DNA from: an uncultured virus (IMG/VR IMGVR_UViG_3300022845_000001)
Lineage: Duplodnaviria > Heunggongvirae > Uroviricota > Caudoviricetes
DNA: 64,000 bases
Direction: 5' to 3' (one strand)
IMG/VR virus record: IMGVR_UViG_3300022845_000001
Shown here: in pieces, positions 27,357-37,646 of the stretch
Position numbering within the stretch: the stretch's first letter is position 1
Layout of the letters: every line of letters starts with the position of its first letter
The notes under the pieces: generated by a model
The model's database searches: none
What the model saw: the letters and a program-made list of their open reading frames with translations, nothing else
Told to the model about the DNA's origin: nothing
Translations under genes and position numbers: made by a program

Positions 27357-29276
27357 ATGCCTAATAAACACCCTCTTTCATATTCACCACAAAAATTCAT
27401 TGTCCCGTCTGATGCAGTTTCTGGTGATCAAATAGGTGAGGTTGGTTTTGCTTATACTTTTGTAAAATTCTGGAATCACTACCAAGGTACATCTTTGGTA
27501 GAGAGTGATTTCAGGTTCTTGAAATTTTCAGGGCCGTCTAATTTTCTGGTTGATTCATTAACCGGAATGATTAGCATTAATAACATGACAGGGATAACCG
27601 CAGATACCTCTATATCTGTTAGAGTATCTATTGCAGATCGGATATTTGATGTTACGTGTGATATTGTATATGCAGATGATTGTATCTACTTCGACCCTGA
27701 TTTTGCAGGAACGAGTACAGGGTCGAGATCAGCCCCATACCTGAAAATTAATGGGTCTGGGTTAACCCCAACGGCTGGTAAAAGTTATTTTTGGAGGAGA
27801 GGAAAAACATTTTCCCGTGAATGGGCTGTAATTGTTAACCCAAAAATAGATGGTGAATACCCTGATTGGATTACCTTCGATGCTTGGGGATCTGGGGATA
27901 GGCCAATTATTGACGGAACTGATCAGCAGGACGGGGGTACATTGCGGAGATTTGTTGACTTTGGCGGGGGATCTTTCAATAATGATGATACGGCCTTGGA
28001 AGGTAACAAATTCAGGATTGCTAATTTTAGCACCAGACACGACAAATCTGATGATTTTTATCCATTTTTAATTAAAGGACTTGGTAATTATGCCGAGTAC
28101 CGTAGAATTGATATGGAGGAAACTACCTTCAGCGAAGGTTTTATGTATTTTGCTGTAAAAAATGATCTTCCTTATGAAAACAGATATTTTTATCTTGACA
28201 GCATAAAAACTCTAAACAGTGAGGAAAGATCAATAAAAATAGAGGCTGGTGGAGTAATAGGTAAGAATTTCCGTTGCAGGAATATTGGAGCAACATTAAC
28301 TGAACATCCGGCACCGGGGTCAGCTAATCACCCTTATGTTGATCTGATGTTTATTGATGCTTGGGGAGACAACATTTCTTCGAGTAACCTAGGGCTTCAA
28401 ATAAGATCAAGTAACGTTACTTATGAGTGGTGCTGGTTGAAAGACTTTGGCAACGCATTAGTCGCATATATACATATCGCAAATGATGGCAGGGGAGGGG
28501 TATATGAGGTTAAAGAAGGCGGTTTCAGGAACATAGTAATTGAAGGATCTAAAGAGGCAGCTTCCTATTTTGGTAGGCAGGGAGGAACCACGGATGTTGC
28601 CACGGGAATTTATTTCGACAGGATAAATGTACTTTCAGGTAAGGGGTTTCAGGTAAACCAAGGGGCAGTTAATACGCTTTTCAAATACTGCCAAGCACGG
28701 GATACGGATGCCGACGGCTTTCGAGTTTTTGAAGGGACTGGTTCAGGGACAAAGTTACACAACTGTACCGCTTTTGACAACGCATCAAACGATATTGAAT
28801 TGTCCCGTACAGGGGTTGAAATCACAAATACAAATTACGGAACTCTATCAGGTACCGCAGTTGAGACTACCAATTCAAACTCAGAAGATCCACTTGTTTT
28901 AGATGGTGCTGGTACCGATTTGGGGTACTTGTACGATTTAGTTGGAGGTGATGTTGCGAACCCTCCTTCAATCGGTGTTTACGAATTTTCAGCAGTAACA
29001 GTAATCTACTCCGTTTCAGTAACAGCATCAAATGGAAATGTTTCCGGTGCAGGTGACTATAACGAAAATGAGGAAGTTACAGTTACATTGATAGCGGTTG
29101 CTAACTCAGGGTATGTTTTTTCTCATTGGGAAGAAGCCGGGAACCCAGACGTAACAACCAACCCTCTTGTTTTTGCAATTACAGAAGACAGAACATTCAT
29201 TGCTGTATTTATATCTATTCCATTATCCCCATCTGGAAAATGGAGGTATAAATTGCTTGTTCCAGCATCAAGGTAA
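27357..29276 (+). CDS. putative polysaccharide depolymerase (cadherin-like, beta-helix, InlB-B-like domains)
   Basis: GSRSAPY...WRRG...WGSGDRPIIDG beta-helix entry motif; PSIGVYE; GYVFSHW. Confidence 0.72.
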   Translation: MPNKHPLSYSPQKFIVPSDAVSGDQIGEVGFAYTFVKFWNHYQGTSLVESDFRFLKFSGPSNFLVDSLTGMISINNMTGITADTSISVRVSIADRIFDVTCDIVYADDCIYFDPDFAGTSTGSRSAPYLKINGSGLTPTAGKSYFWRRGKTFSREWAVIVNPKIDGEYPDWITFDAWGSGDRPIIDGTDQQDGGTLRRFVDFGGGSFNNDDTALEGNKFRIANFSTRHDKSDDFYPFLIKGLGNYAEYRRIDMEETTFSEGFMYFAVKNDLPYENRYFYLDSIKTLNSEERSIKIEAGGVIGKNFRCRNIGATLTEHPAPGSANHPYVDLMFIDAWGDNISSSNLGLQIRSSNVTYEWCWLKDFGNALVAYIHIANDGRGGVYEVKEGGFRNIVIEGSKEAASYFGRQGGTTDVATGIYFDRINVLSGKGFQVNQGAVNTLFKYCQARDTDADGFRVFEGTGSGTKLHNCTAFDNASNDIELSRTGVEITNTNYGTLSGTAVETTNSNSEDPLVLDGAGTDLGYLYDLVGGDVANPPSIGVYEFSAVTVIYSVSVTASNGNVSGAGDYNENEEVTVTLIAVANSGYVFSHWEEAGNPDVTTNPLVFAITEDRTFIAVFISIPLSPSGKWRYKLLVPASR

Positions 29277-29342
29277 AAGTCTATGATTTAATTAGTATAT
29301 TTACAGTACAAAATCAATGTAAGGGATAAATTAATATTTACA

Positions 29343-29651
29343 GTGGGAGATCTTGTTTTGTTAGAGTATCAAAATTTAATAAATCCAGAAAGTATATCTA
29401 TAATTAGCATACTTCTTTCTGTTATATATTTTCTAGTAAAAGAAAGGGATGCCGCAAAGGTAGATTTAAAAATAAGAATTGATGATATTACAGATCATTA
29501 CGAAGGTGATAATGCAGCCATACAGAAAAGGGTTGACGATTATGTGTTAGAAATAGCAAAACTTCATGAAGACAAATATAAGGTAACACGTGAGATTATA
29601 CCTTTATTAATTAAACTAATAGATAAATTAAACGAAGATGATAAATCTTAG
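29343..29651 (+). CDS. holin-like membrane protein
   Basis: Single N-terminal TM followed by coiled coil. Confidence 0.4.
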   Translation: MGDLVLLEYQNLINPESISIISILLSVIYFLVKERDAAKVDLKIRIDDITDHYEGDNAAIQKRVDDYVLEIAKLHEDKYKVTREIIPLLIKLIDKLNEDDKS

Positions 29652-30018
29652 TATTGAAAGTAATATTATTATGGATAGGGTTGAAAAAAACCTACTGGAA
29701 GCTGTTATAGATATATTAGTTGGTAAAATAAAAAACTATCCATTTAAAAAACTAACTAAAAATAAAAATAGCCCTATAATTATTCCATTTGCGGAGATAG
29801 AAAACAGTTTTATAATCTTTTACCCACCAAACTCAGACCATTATGTAGAAAAATGGGACGGGAAGAGTAAGTCCTGCCGGATACTATCTGGTACGATCTA
29901 TGAGTCTATAAATAAAATGGTATATGAGGAGGGTGACGAAATAGATTTATTGCCCGGGAAAAAATATGATCCATACACGTTAACTGAGATGTGTATTGCA
30001 TTTGTAAAAATATCATGA
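29638..30018 (+). CDS. hypothetical protein, cupin-like
   Basis: CRILSG...YEEGDEIDL.PG pattern. Confidence 0.5.
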   Translation: MINLSIESNIIMDRVEKNLLEAVIDILVGKIKNYPFKKLTKNKNSPIIIPFAEIENSFIIFYPPNSDHYVEKWDGKSKSCRILSGTIYESINKMVYEEGDEIDLLPGKKYDPYTLTEMCIAFVKIS

Positions 30019-30662
30019 TGTTACTAGAGGACGCACATAACTTAATCAGAAAGACAATAAGAAAATCACAAGGGTCTTATGTATCACCTGAAGATATTGA
30101 CTTAAACCTAAATAGGTCACTCAATGATTATGTCAATTTTTTATTAAGACCAAATGGGAATACGAATAACCAGCCATTGACAAGATACATTTCAGAACAG
30201 CCATACACCTCTTCTTCAACTAATAGGTTTCCTTTGCCTGATAACTTTTTAAAAGAGATAAATATTTACTCTTCGGCAGACGGGACTACTTATGAAGGGG
30301 ATATTCTTAAAGAACAAGAGTTTACTGACAGAAAAAATAGTTATATTACACCAGCAGACACGGTACATCCAATTGCTAGATTACTAGGTACTACTGAAAC
30401 CGCATTAAATGGAGTAATAGAAATACTCCCATCTCAGGGAAACTTTGTATTAAGCTATTATAGAACCATTATTAATTGCGTTTATGCTTATGATTCCCCT
30501 GATAACAGATCAATAGTGTTTAATGAGGATGATTCAGTTGATATTGATTGCAATAGTGGAGTACTTAGTGAGATAGTGTCAAGAGCATTAACGTATTTTG
30601 GGATATCTTTAGAAGCTCAAAATTTACTTTCAGAAGAAGTTGTAAAAAATGGTAACTCTTAA
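29991..30662 (+). CDS. putative tail ring/adaptor protein (start likely near 30015)
   Basis: RKSQGSYVSPEDID, FPLPDNF, LSYYR, EIVSRAL; crAss-like ring pattern. Confidence 0.65.
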   Translation: MYCICKNIMMLLEDAHNLIRKTIRKSQGSYVSPEDIDLNLNRSLNDYVNFLLRPNGNTNNQPLTRYISEQPYTSSSTNRFPLPDNFLKEINIYSSADGTTYEGDILKEQEFTDRKNSYITPADTVHPIARLLGTTETALNGVIEILPSQGNFVLSYYRTIINCVYAYDSPDNRSIVFNEDDSVDIDCNSGVLSEIVSRALTYFGISLEAQNLLSEEVVKNGNS

Positions 30663-31260
30663 CATACTAACAGAGCAAATAAACAGACTCTATTCAAGGT
30701 ACTTGGATAAAGATAATAGAAAACTTGACAACAGGGAGGTAAAACTTCATGCTTCTCAGGTTATTAATACTTTATTCAAAATTGAGGCAGTTAATAAATT
30801 TGATCCTGAAAATGCTATTGGAACATACGACTTTGACCGTCAAGAAGATATAGAGACATTCTATGTTCAATTGACAGTATCACCAATATTATTACCAAAA
30901 AATCAGGGCGTTCATAGAGTATATAAAAAGGGATGTCCTTGGGAACCGTACGTCCCAATTAGGAGTGGAGACTTTGATATCATTCAAGGAACGGCAACTG
31001 AGTATATCGAAGGACATGTAGGGTATTATATGGATGGAATGAAAATTAGATTCACTAAGCAAGTACCTGAACAAATTAGTGTAAAACTAATTGTTAATGA
31101 TCCTAGTAAAATAGGTGACGATGAACCATTACCTGTTCCTAGAGATATGGAATCAAGAGTAATTGAAGGGGTATTCCAATTACTAGGGATGGGAAAAATA
31201 TCACAAGCTGAATTAAATTCTAAAAACGAGAGGGTAATAAGTAATGAGCGAGAGAGATAA
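30649..31260 (+). CDS. putative tail ring protein
   Basis: Position; DDEPLPVP C-terminal motif. Confidence 0.6.
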   Translation: MVTLNILTEQINRLYSRYLDKDNRKLDNREVKLHASQVINTLFKIEAVNKFDPENAIGTYDFDRQEDIETFYVQLTVSPILLPKNQGVHRVYKKGCPWEPYVPIRSGDFDIIQGTATEYIEGHVGYYMDGMKIRFTKQVPEQISVKLIVNDPSKIGDDEPLPVPRDMESRVIEGVFQLLGMGKISQAELNSKNERVISNERER

Positions 31261-31386
31261 AATAATTGATAATCTGCTATTGAATGGTCACTTGAGTTTA
31301 TCTGAGGCAGATTTACTTGATGATTCCGGTTCTTATTTCTTTACGATAATATCAGATAAATTGCCTAAATATCACTACACAATATC

Positions 31387-32148
31387 ATGACAGATATAGG
31401 ATCAAGCACCAATAACTTACTAACAGTAGACTCATTAATTAGAACATACATTCATGAGAGAGGAATGGTATGGCATGATTATTTGAGGGTATTATCAGTA
31501 GCATTGTCTGGTGTTCGTGACCTATCAAAAGACATTAACATTGGTTCCAATTACAAAGCTAAAGAAATTGATGTTGATGATTCAAATGCAGCATATCTCC
31601 CAACAGATTGTATCAAAGTGAATAAAGTCTGTATAGAAGCAGGAGATAAGATCCTACCAATGGCAAATATTAACAATATGAACCCATTACAGAAGTTTGT
31701 AAATGGTGAACCAGTTAAAAGGGGTGTCAGAGAAAGGCTTTTTTACCAAGATTTTAACTACTACTTTAACTCAAACTTAACAAATAGGGCAGAGAACTTA
31801 GGCAGAGAATTTGGTACACCATCAAGCCAGCCTTACGGGTATCAGATTTTTGGGAATAGGATTCAATTAGACTCAAGACTAAACCTTAGTTGTATACTAG
31901 TTATTTACAACACGACAGGAACCAATATATCTGACATTAATATGATCCACCCTTGGGCTGAAGAACCTTTAAAGTTGTGGATTGACTGGAAATTCCCTGA
32001 TATTAATAGAGGTATTTACGAGAAAAGGACAGGAAGAAAAGATTATTATGACTCTAAGGCTGCTTTATATGGAGCAATTCACGGGCTTAGTTACGAGGAT
32101 TACATGAAAATAGTAAGAGACAACAATGTTCTTACGTATAAATTATGA
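31387..32148 (+). CDS. putative tail ring/tubular protein
   Basis: LPTDC and IHPWAEEPL motifs; precedes muzzle gene. Confidence 0.6.
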   Translation: MTDIGSSTNNLLTVDSLIRTYIHERGMVWHDYLRVLSVALSGVRDLSKDINIGSNYKAKEIDVDDSNAAYLPTDCIKVNKVCIEAGDKILPMANINNMNPLQKFVNGEPVKRGVRERLFYQDFNYYFNSNLTNRAENLGREFGTPSSQPYGYQIFGNRIQLDSRLNLSCILVIYNTTGTNISDINMIHPWAEEPLKLWIDWKFPDINRGIYEKRTGRKDYYDSKAALYGAIHGLSYEDYMKIVRDNNVLTYKL

Positions 32149-35100
32149 GAAAAGTATTTTCAGGACAGCTAAATGTAGACTCACACCCTAAATTTCTACC
32201 GGAAGGGGATTATACTGGTGCGAAAAACATATTTATTAACACCTCAAAAGGGGGTAATAGCGGTCTTGTGCGAAAATATCCGGGATTTGATAGAATCGGA
32301 GAGATTCAAGAACAAATAACGGTAGGAACGGTAGAGGATAAAGCCAACAGTAAAGTTTACTATTTTAACAGAGACGTAGTAGATCAAATTTGGGTTTACG
32401 ATTTGATTTCAGATGAAAAAAGTCTGCTATTAGAGCATGATTTTAAATTTGGCGATTGGGTTAATGGCGGTGTAATTGCCAATCTCCTTTATTTTACCGA
32501 TAATAAGAATGAGATTCGGGCAATTGACACAAATAGGACATACACTTCTATTATTGAGCAAGACATTACCTTAATTAAACCTGCCCCTTCTTTCTCATTA
32601 ATAGCAACAGAAGTAAAGGAGCCTATAGACTACTCAAATCTTTCAGGTAAGGGGTATTACTTCTCATACAGATACATTTACCTAAATAATCAAACAAGCG
32701 TAATAGCCCCATATTCTAAGGCTGTATACTGCCCTAAAGAATCACCCTACATTACAAGTATAGATTTAATAAAAGACACTAGAGAAATAACCCCTTTTTA
32801 CGTTCAGAAAGTAGAGATTTTAGCGAGAAGTAATGAGGAACTGACATGGAGAGTATTTAGATCAGTCACTAAAGAAAGTTTTGGATCAGACACCTATTCA
32901 TTTAATGGGTTAAAGGGTAGGGGAATAAGCGATAGGGAATCAGGTAAGCCATTTGAGAATATACCACATAGAGCAAAATCACTTACAGTAGCCCAAGACA
33001 GGGTTTTTGTAGCGCACAATACAGAGGGGTATGACCAGTACGAAGTTCCAAATTTAAAGGTTACTTCAAGCATTGAAGATGTCACCCCTGATCCTGAATT
33101 TCTTCAAGTATGGAAATGGAAAGGAGATATTTCATCACAAGAAGGAACAGAAGGTTTTCCTATTCTATTTAGAACTGTTACCTATAAGTATTATGTTAAA
33201 AGAGGTCTTTACTACTATTTTCTTACTAACGGAGATATAACTGAATATGTAAATGGGGTAGTAGATAGCTTTACGCCCACAAACTACACTGGCAACGAAA
33301 CAGATTTAAACGCAAATCAAGTTGACTCATTAACTATACATGATTTAGCTTATTTAAACTATACAGATGAAGAAAACTATGATATCGGTGATATTGACCG
33401 TGCTGTTCCAGAACACTTCTTATTATTAACGTTAAGCTATATATTCTCGGTTGGAGAAAGAAAATTTAAAGTAAGGTCACAATATCAAATAGGTATTGTA
33501 TTCTACGATAAATATTTGAGAAATCAGGGAGTATATACTAACCAAAACTGTATTAAAACAATTACTGATGATTTCAGGAATAGTGAGATACAATATCTTA
33601 GATGGGAAGTAGGGGAAAGTGACCCGATTCCTGAATGGGCTGAAACTTTTCAAATTGTAAGAACTGATAACCTTTCTGTAATTAATTTCTTACAGGGAAG
33701 AACATCTGATGCTTATTGGATTTATAAAGAAAGCTCAGTAGAAAAATACTCAAGACTTTACTTGCCGGAAGCAGAATTTATAGAGATTGACATATCTGGA
33801 AGTATAAAGTCAGGTCTTAGGTATAATTTTACTGATGGAGATTTAATAGATATTGAGACTCCTGAAGGTATATTGACTTTCAATATCTTGTCTTCTGTTG
33901 GTTCAAAGGTAAGAATTGAAGCCATAAACAACGTATACTTTCAAGGAGGCATGGAGCCATACCCTAAAAGACTGTATTACCAAATTTATAGGAGAAGAAC
34001 AGAACAACCATCGGCAATAGTAAACGGACAAGAGGTAAGTGGAAACATCTTCTACGAGGTATCGGAAGAATTTAAAATACTTAATCCATTCACACCGGAT
34101 AGGGCATTTGAAATTACATCTGGATTTTTAGATGGAGATGTAACTGTAATAGAAACAGAAACATACGATTATCCAGATGATAGAGAAGTAGTATCAGGAG
34201 AATTTTCTTCGAATGAACTAGATCCGGAACCAATAACAATAGCAATTGAAGCAACTAATATAGATAATTCAGAATGGATAAAGGACTTAGGAAGACCGAA
34301 TATTGTATTAGGAATAGGAGAAGTAGAAAAAAAGAACTTCATAAGGTTTTCAAACAAATTTATTCAAGGGACAAACATCAACGGAACATCAAGCTTCGAT
34401 TATGGAGACGAAAGTCAAGTACCTATTGAGAATGGGCCAATAAGTATTATAAAACAGATATCTAAAGCAAGTGGTGAAGGAGAAATACTTTTAGCCGTAT
34501 GTGAACAGGAAGCGTTATCTATATATGTGAATGAAAGGATAATATTTGATAATACAGGCTTAGAGGTATTAGGGCAATCATCTGATGTAATCGGTACAAT
34601 TAATTCACTTAAAGGTGGGTATGGAACTAAACACCCTTGGACTTTCCAGACACACAGAGGTAGAGCATGGTGGTGGGATCAGAATTCAAAGAAAGTAGCT
34701 AGATATGATGCTAACGGGGTAAGGCCAATAAGTGATATAGGTAATAAGTCTTTCTTTTTTACTCAGAACAATCCTTTGACTTGCTATGATCCTTGGCATG
34801 ACATGTTATTTGTTGGTTTTACTAATAATTCTTTAGGATTCAATGAAGAGTCTAATCAATGGAGAGGAAGTTATGAATTTGTGCCGGAATCATCTGCTAT
34901 CATTGATGAATACATGATTACATTTAATCAGGGAACACCTTATAAATCTAACAGCGATAACTTTGCCTATTATGAAGCAAGTTATGATGCTCAGATATCT
35001 TTTCCTGCCGTATATCCTTCAAAGACAATTCTTAACAACATTTCATTATACATGCCTGAAACCACGTATGAATGGGAATTTAGTAAGCAAAAGATAAGAG

Positions 35101-35336
35101 AAGATTTATTCGTTACAATAACGAATGCAGAAGGGCAAATGACTACTTTAGAGAAAGAAGACTTCGATGTTTTCGAGTCAGTAGCGTACGCCCACATCAT
35201 GAGAGATCAAAACTCAGAGGGTGGTTTATTAAATGGTTATGAAATACGGTCTGATATTCATAACTTTATGGTAGTTTTTAAGACAGGAATTGAGTATATT
35301 AATATCAACGAAACACTTAGCCTAGGACAGAAATGA
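32145..35336 (+). CDS. tail stabilization/muzzle protein (P22 gp10-like)
   Basis: LNVD...LPEGDY..AKNI; LYFTDN; FSYRY; PHRAKS; YQIGIVFYD; 1063 aa beta-rich. Confidence 0.8.
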   Translation: MRKVFSGQLNVDSHPKFLPEGDYTGAKNIFINTSKGGNSGLVRKYPGFDRIGEIQEQITVGTVEDKANSKVYYFNRDVVDQIWVYDLISDEKSLLLEHDFKFGDWVNGGVIANLLYFTDNKNEIRAIDTNRTYTSIIEQDITLIKPAPSFSLIATEVKEPIDYSNLSGKGYYFSYRYIYLNNQTSVIAPYSKAVYCPKESPYITSIDLIKDTREITPFYVQKVEILARSNEELTWRVFRSVTKESFGSDTYSFNGLKGRGISDRESGKPFENIPHRAKSLTVAQDRVFVAHNTEGYDQYEVPNLKVTSSIEDVTPDPEFLQVWKWKGDISSQEGTEGFPILFRTVTYKYYVKRGLYYYFLTNGDITEYVNGVVDSFTPTNYTGNETDLNANQVDSLTIHDLAYLNYTDEENYDIGDIDRAVPEHFLLLTLSYIFSVGERKFKVRSQYQIGIVFYDKYLRNQGVYTNQNCIKTITDDFRNSEIQYLRWEVGESDPIPEWAETFQIVRTDNLSVINFLQGRTSDAYWIYKESSVEKYSRLYLPEAEFIEIDISGSIKSGLRYNFTDGDLIDIETPEGILTFNILSSVGSKVRIEAINNVYFQGGMEPYPKRLYYQIYRRRTEQPSAIVNGQEVSGNIFYEVSEEFKILNPFTPDRAFEITSGFLDGDVTVIETETYDYPDDREVVSGEFSSNELDPEPITIAIEATNIDNSEWIKDLGRPNIVLGIGEVEKKNFIRFSNKFIQGTNINGTSSFDYGDESQVPIENGPISIIKQISKASGEGEILLAVCEQEALSIYVNERIIFDNTGLEVLGQSSDVIGTINSLKGGYGTKHPWTFQTHRGRAWWWDQNSKKVARYDANGVRPISDIGNKSFFFTQNNPLTCYDPWHDMLFVGFTNNSLGFNEESNQWRGSYEFVPESSAIIDEYMITFNQGTPYKSNSDNFAYYEASYDAQISFPAVYPSKTILNNISLYMPETTYEWEFSKQKIREDLFVTITNAEGQMTTLEKEDFDVFESVAYAHIMRDQNSEGGLLNGYEIRSDIHNFMVVFKTGIEYININETLSLGQK

Positions 35337-36085
35337 AATATTTAATCTTAATTGCGTACATAGTCTTTTTTGGGGTACTTCCAGAACTTATTGGATACGA
35401 CTATCATATAGCCTTCGTTGGAAGCCTTATTTCCGCTATCGGATCAAGTAAAGACGCTAAAAGACTTCAAGGCAGGGCAGACTCTATTAATGCAGTTCGG
35501 CCAGATTACGACATACCGCCCGAGGTTAGGACGTATCTTGAAAATGCTCAAAACATGGCTCAAGGAGATTCACCGGGATACTCAAGATCAATAGATCAAG
35601 CTTATGGAACCACGGCAAATACGGTAGACACATCAAGAAGCATTGGGTCAGGATCAGCTATGCTACAGGCAATTGCTCAAGGTGGTGTCAATCAGAATAG
35701 AAATTTTAACGACATAAATGCTCAGAACCAACAATTTAAACAAAATCAATTTGGTTCTTTTCAGGAAGCACTTATGAAAATGTCTGGTTATAAAGATCAG
35801 CAGTTTGACGCAAATGAAATGCAACCGTATCTACAGAAAGAATCTGACAAGAGGCAGTTTGAAGCGGCTGCAATGAGTCAAAAACAAGCATCAAGGGATT
35901 CATGGGCAGCATTTGGTGATGGTGTTGTAAATATCGGAATGGCCGCTTTAGGCGCACCAACGGGAGCAGGTGGTATATCTACTTTTGCTAAGCTATTTCA
36001 AGGTAAAGGGGGAGGTACTTCAAATGTAGCAACCACTCCCCAAAAACCTGTATTTAACACAGTACCAAACAGACCATTAGTATAA
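35333..36085 (+). CDS. putative ejection/DNA pilot protein
   Basis: Gly/Ala/Gln-rich with hydrophobic ends, after muzzle gene. Confidence 0.6.
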   Translation: MKYLILIAYIVFFGVLPELIGYDYHIAFVGSLISAIGSSKDAKRLQGRADSINAVRPDYDIPPEVRTYLENAQNMAQGDSPGYSRSIDQAYGTTANTVDTSRSIGSGSAMLQAIAQGGVNQNRNFNDINAQNQQFKQNQFGSFQEALMKMSGYKDQQFDANEMQPYLQKESDKRQFEAAAMSQKQASRDSWAAFGDGVVNIGMAALGAPTGAGGISTFAKLFQGKGGGTSNVATTPQKPVFNTVPNRPLV

Positions 36086-37641
36086 TGGCTATATCAAATA
36101 AGATTTTTGACGCACCTGTAGGAGAAACCTATGACCCATCTTCCCAGATACGAGAAAACCTCTCTGGACTTGGAAAGAGTGTTTCAGGTGTAATTACGAA
36201 TGAGTCTAATAGGCTACAGAAAGAGCAATCCAATTTTGCTGAAATGTATGCTAATCTTGGAGAGATAGATGCGGAACTTCAAGAAAGTTATGCAGGTATT
36301 AATCAAGAGATGCTTACATCCGCAACCGATTGGTTAAAAGAGCAGTATAAAGCAGGAGTAAACTCTAACGATCCTGAATTTATCCAAGGATTTTCAAAAA
36401 GAATCAGTAGTCTAAAAGCAGGAATGGGGAATGCTGATAGAAAAAGAGAAGGCGTAACAAATGCGGCTGAATACATAAAGAATGATAATAGTATATCTGA
36501 TAAAACAGGAGCGTTAAGTTATGTATATAATTTATCCAACAACCCTGACTATTTAATAAGTAAAAACGATATAAGTTTATTCAATGAGGTAAAAGATAAA
36601 TTTAGAGTGCCAAAGCTGGTATCTGATGATTTTTTAAGCACAATACCTAGTGATGGAACAGAAGAGTCTACATTTATAGGAAGAAATGGCGACTTAATGA
36701 AGCGTACAATTACCTATAATAGGTTTATACCTAGAGATAATCCTTTACTACCTGATGGGTCGCCAAATGTACAGGTATCACTAGGTGATGCTAAAGAATT
36801 AATGGAGGGTAAATTTGGCCAAGGGATACTTGATTTAGCCTCAAAAACACGTAAGGATAGATACCCAAACTTACCTGTAGATGTAGGGTATCAAAAATCT
36901 ATGACAGACCTTATAAAGCTATCCGCTGGTAATAATGTTCAAACAACAGTATTAAAAAGCAAAAATCAATTAGATAGAGAAGAAAAATCTCAAAATCAGA
37001 ATCAACAAAGGATTAATATAGCAGCAGAAAGCGTAAGATCAAGAGAGAAAAGATTATCCAATAGTGGAGTTGATCCACAAGAAGAGGAAAAAAGATTCGA
37101 GAAGTTTAAGGCAGATTATGATTCCGGTAAAGGGATAATATTAGCAGACTATGTAAAGGTTGGTGGTGATATTAAAGAAATGGAGTGGTCTAAAAACCCA
37201 AATAAAGAAGCATTGTCTAGTTTTGAAAACTGGAAAAAATTAAGTACTGAAGATAAAAACAATATCATCGAAACATACAACGTAAGTGAAGGCGGAATAC
37301 CTAAAACTGATTCCTATTTATTTGGATTAATAGGCAACAATAAAGACCTTAATTCAAAGAAAACATACGATTTAGTAAAATCTATAACAGATACTTATGA
37401 TATTCCTGAAATAAACGGAATAACTTTTAAAGTTAAGAATGGTTCAGGATCGAACTTAGAATGGCCTACTGAGAAAATAAAGATAGAAAGCGAAGACGAC
37501 CTTAAAGCAGCATTCAAACAACTTGAAAATACTAGGGTATCAGGACAATCTACAACACCTATAGCAGAAGTTCCTGAAGGAGAAACAGTGAGTAATAAAC
37601 AACCTATAAAAGCATCTGATAGGGTAAACAAATTACCATAA
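36085..37641 (+). CDS. putative internal virion protein
   Basis: 518 aa helical, between pilot-like and giant genes. Confidence 0.55.
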   Translation: MAISNKIFDAPVGETYDPSSQIRENLSGLGKSVSGVITNESNRLQKEQSNFAEMYANLGEIDAELQESYAGINQEMLTSATDWLKEQYKAGVNSNDPEFIQGFSKRISSLKAGMGNADRKREGVTNAAEYIKNDNSISDKTGALSYVYNLSNNPDYLISKNDISLFNEVKDKFRVPKLVSDDFLSTIPSDGTEESTFIGRNGDLMKRTITYNRFIPRDNPLLPDGSPNVQVSLGDAKELMEGKFGQGILDLASKTRKDRYPNLPVDVGYQKSMTDLIKLSAGNNVQTTVLKSKNQLDREEKSQNQNQQRINIAAESVRSREKRLSNSGVDPQEEEKRFEKFKADYDSGKGIILADYVKVGGDIKEMEWSKNPNKEALSSFENWKKLSTEDKNNIIETYNVSEGGIPKTDSYLFGLIGNNKDLNSKKTYDLVKSITDTYDIPEINGITFKVKNGSGSNLEWPTEKIKIESEDDLKAAFKQLENTRVSGQSTTPIAEVPEGETVSNKQPIKASDRVNKLP

Positions 37642-37646
37642 AATAA

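Noticed and set aside
19621..29276. Diversity-generating retroelement or invertible tail-fibre system
   Set aside because: No reverse transcriptase, no adenine-variant template repeat and no inverted fibre fragments noticed
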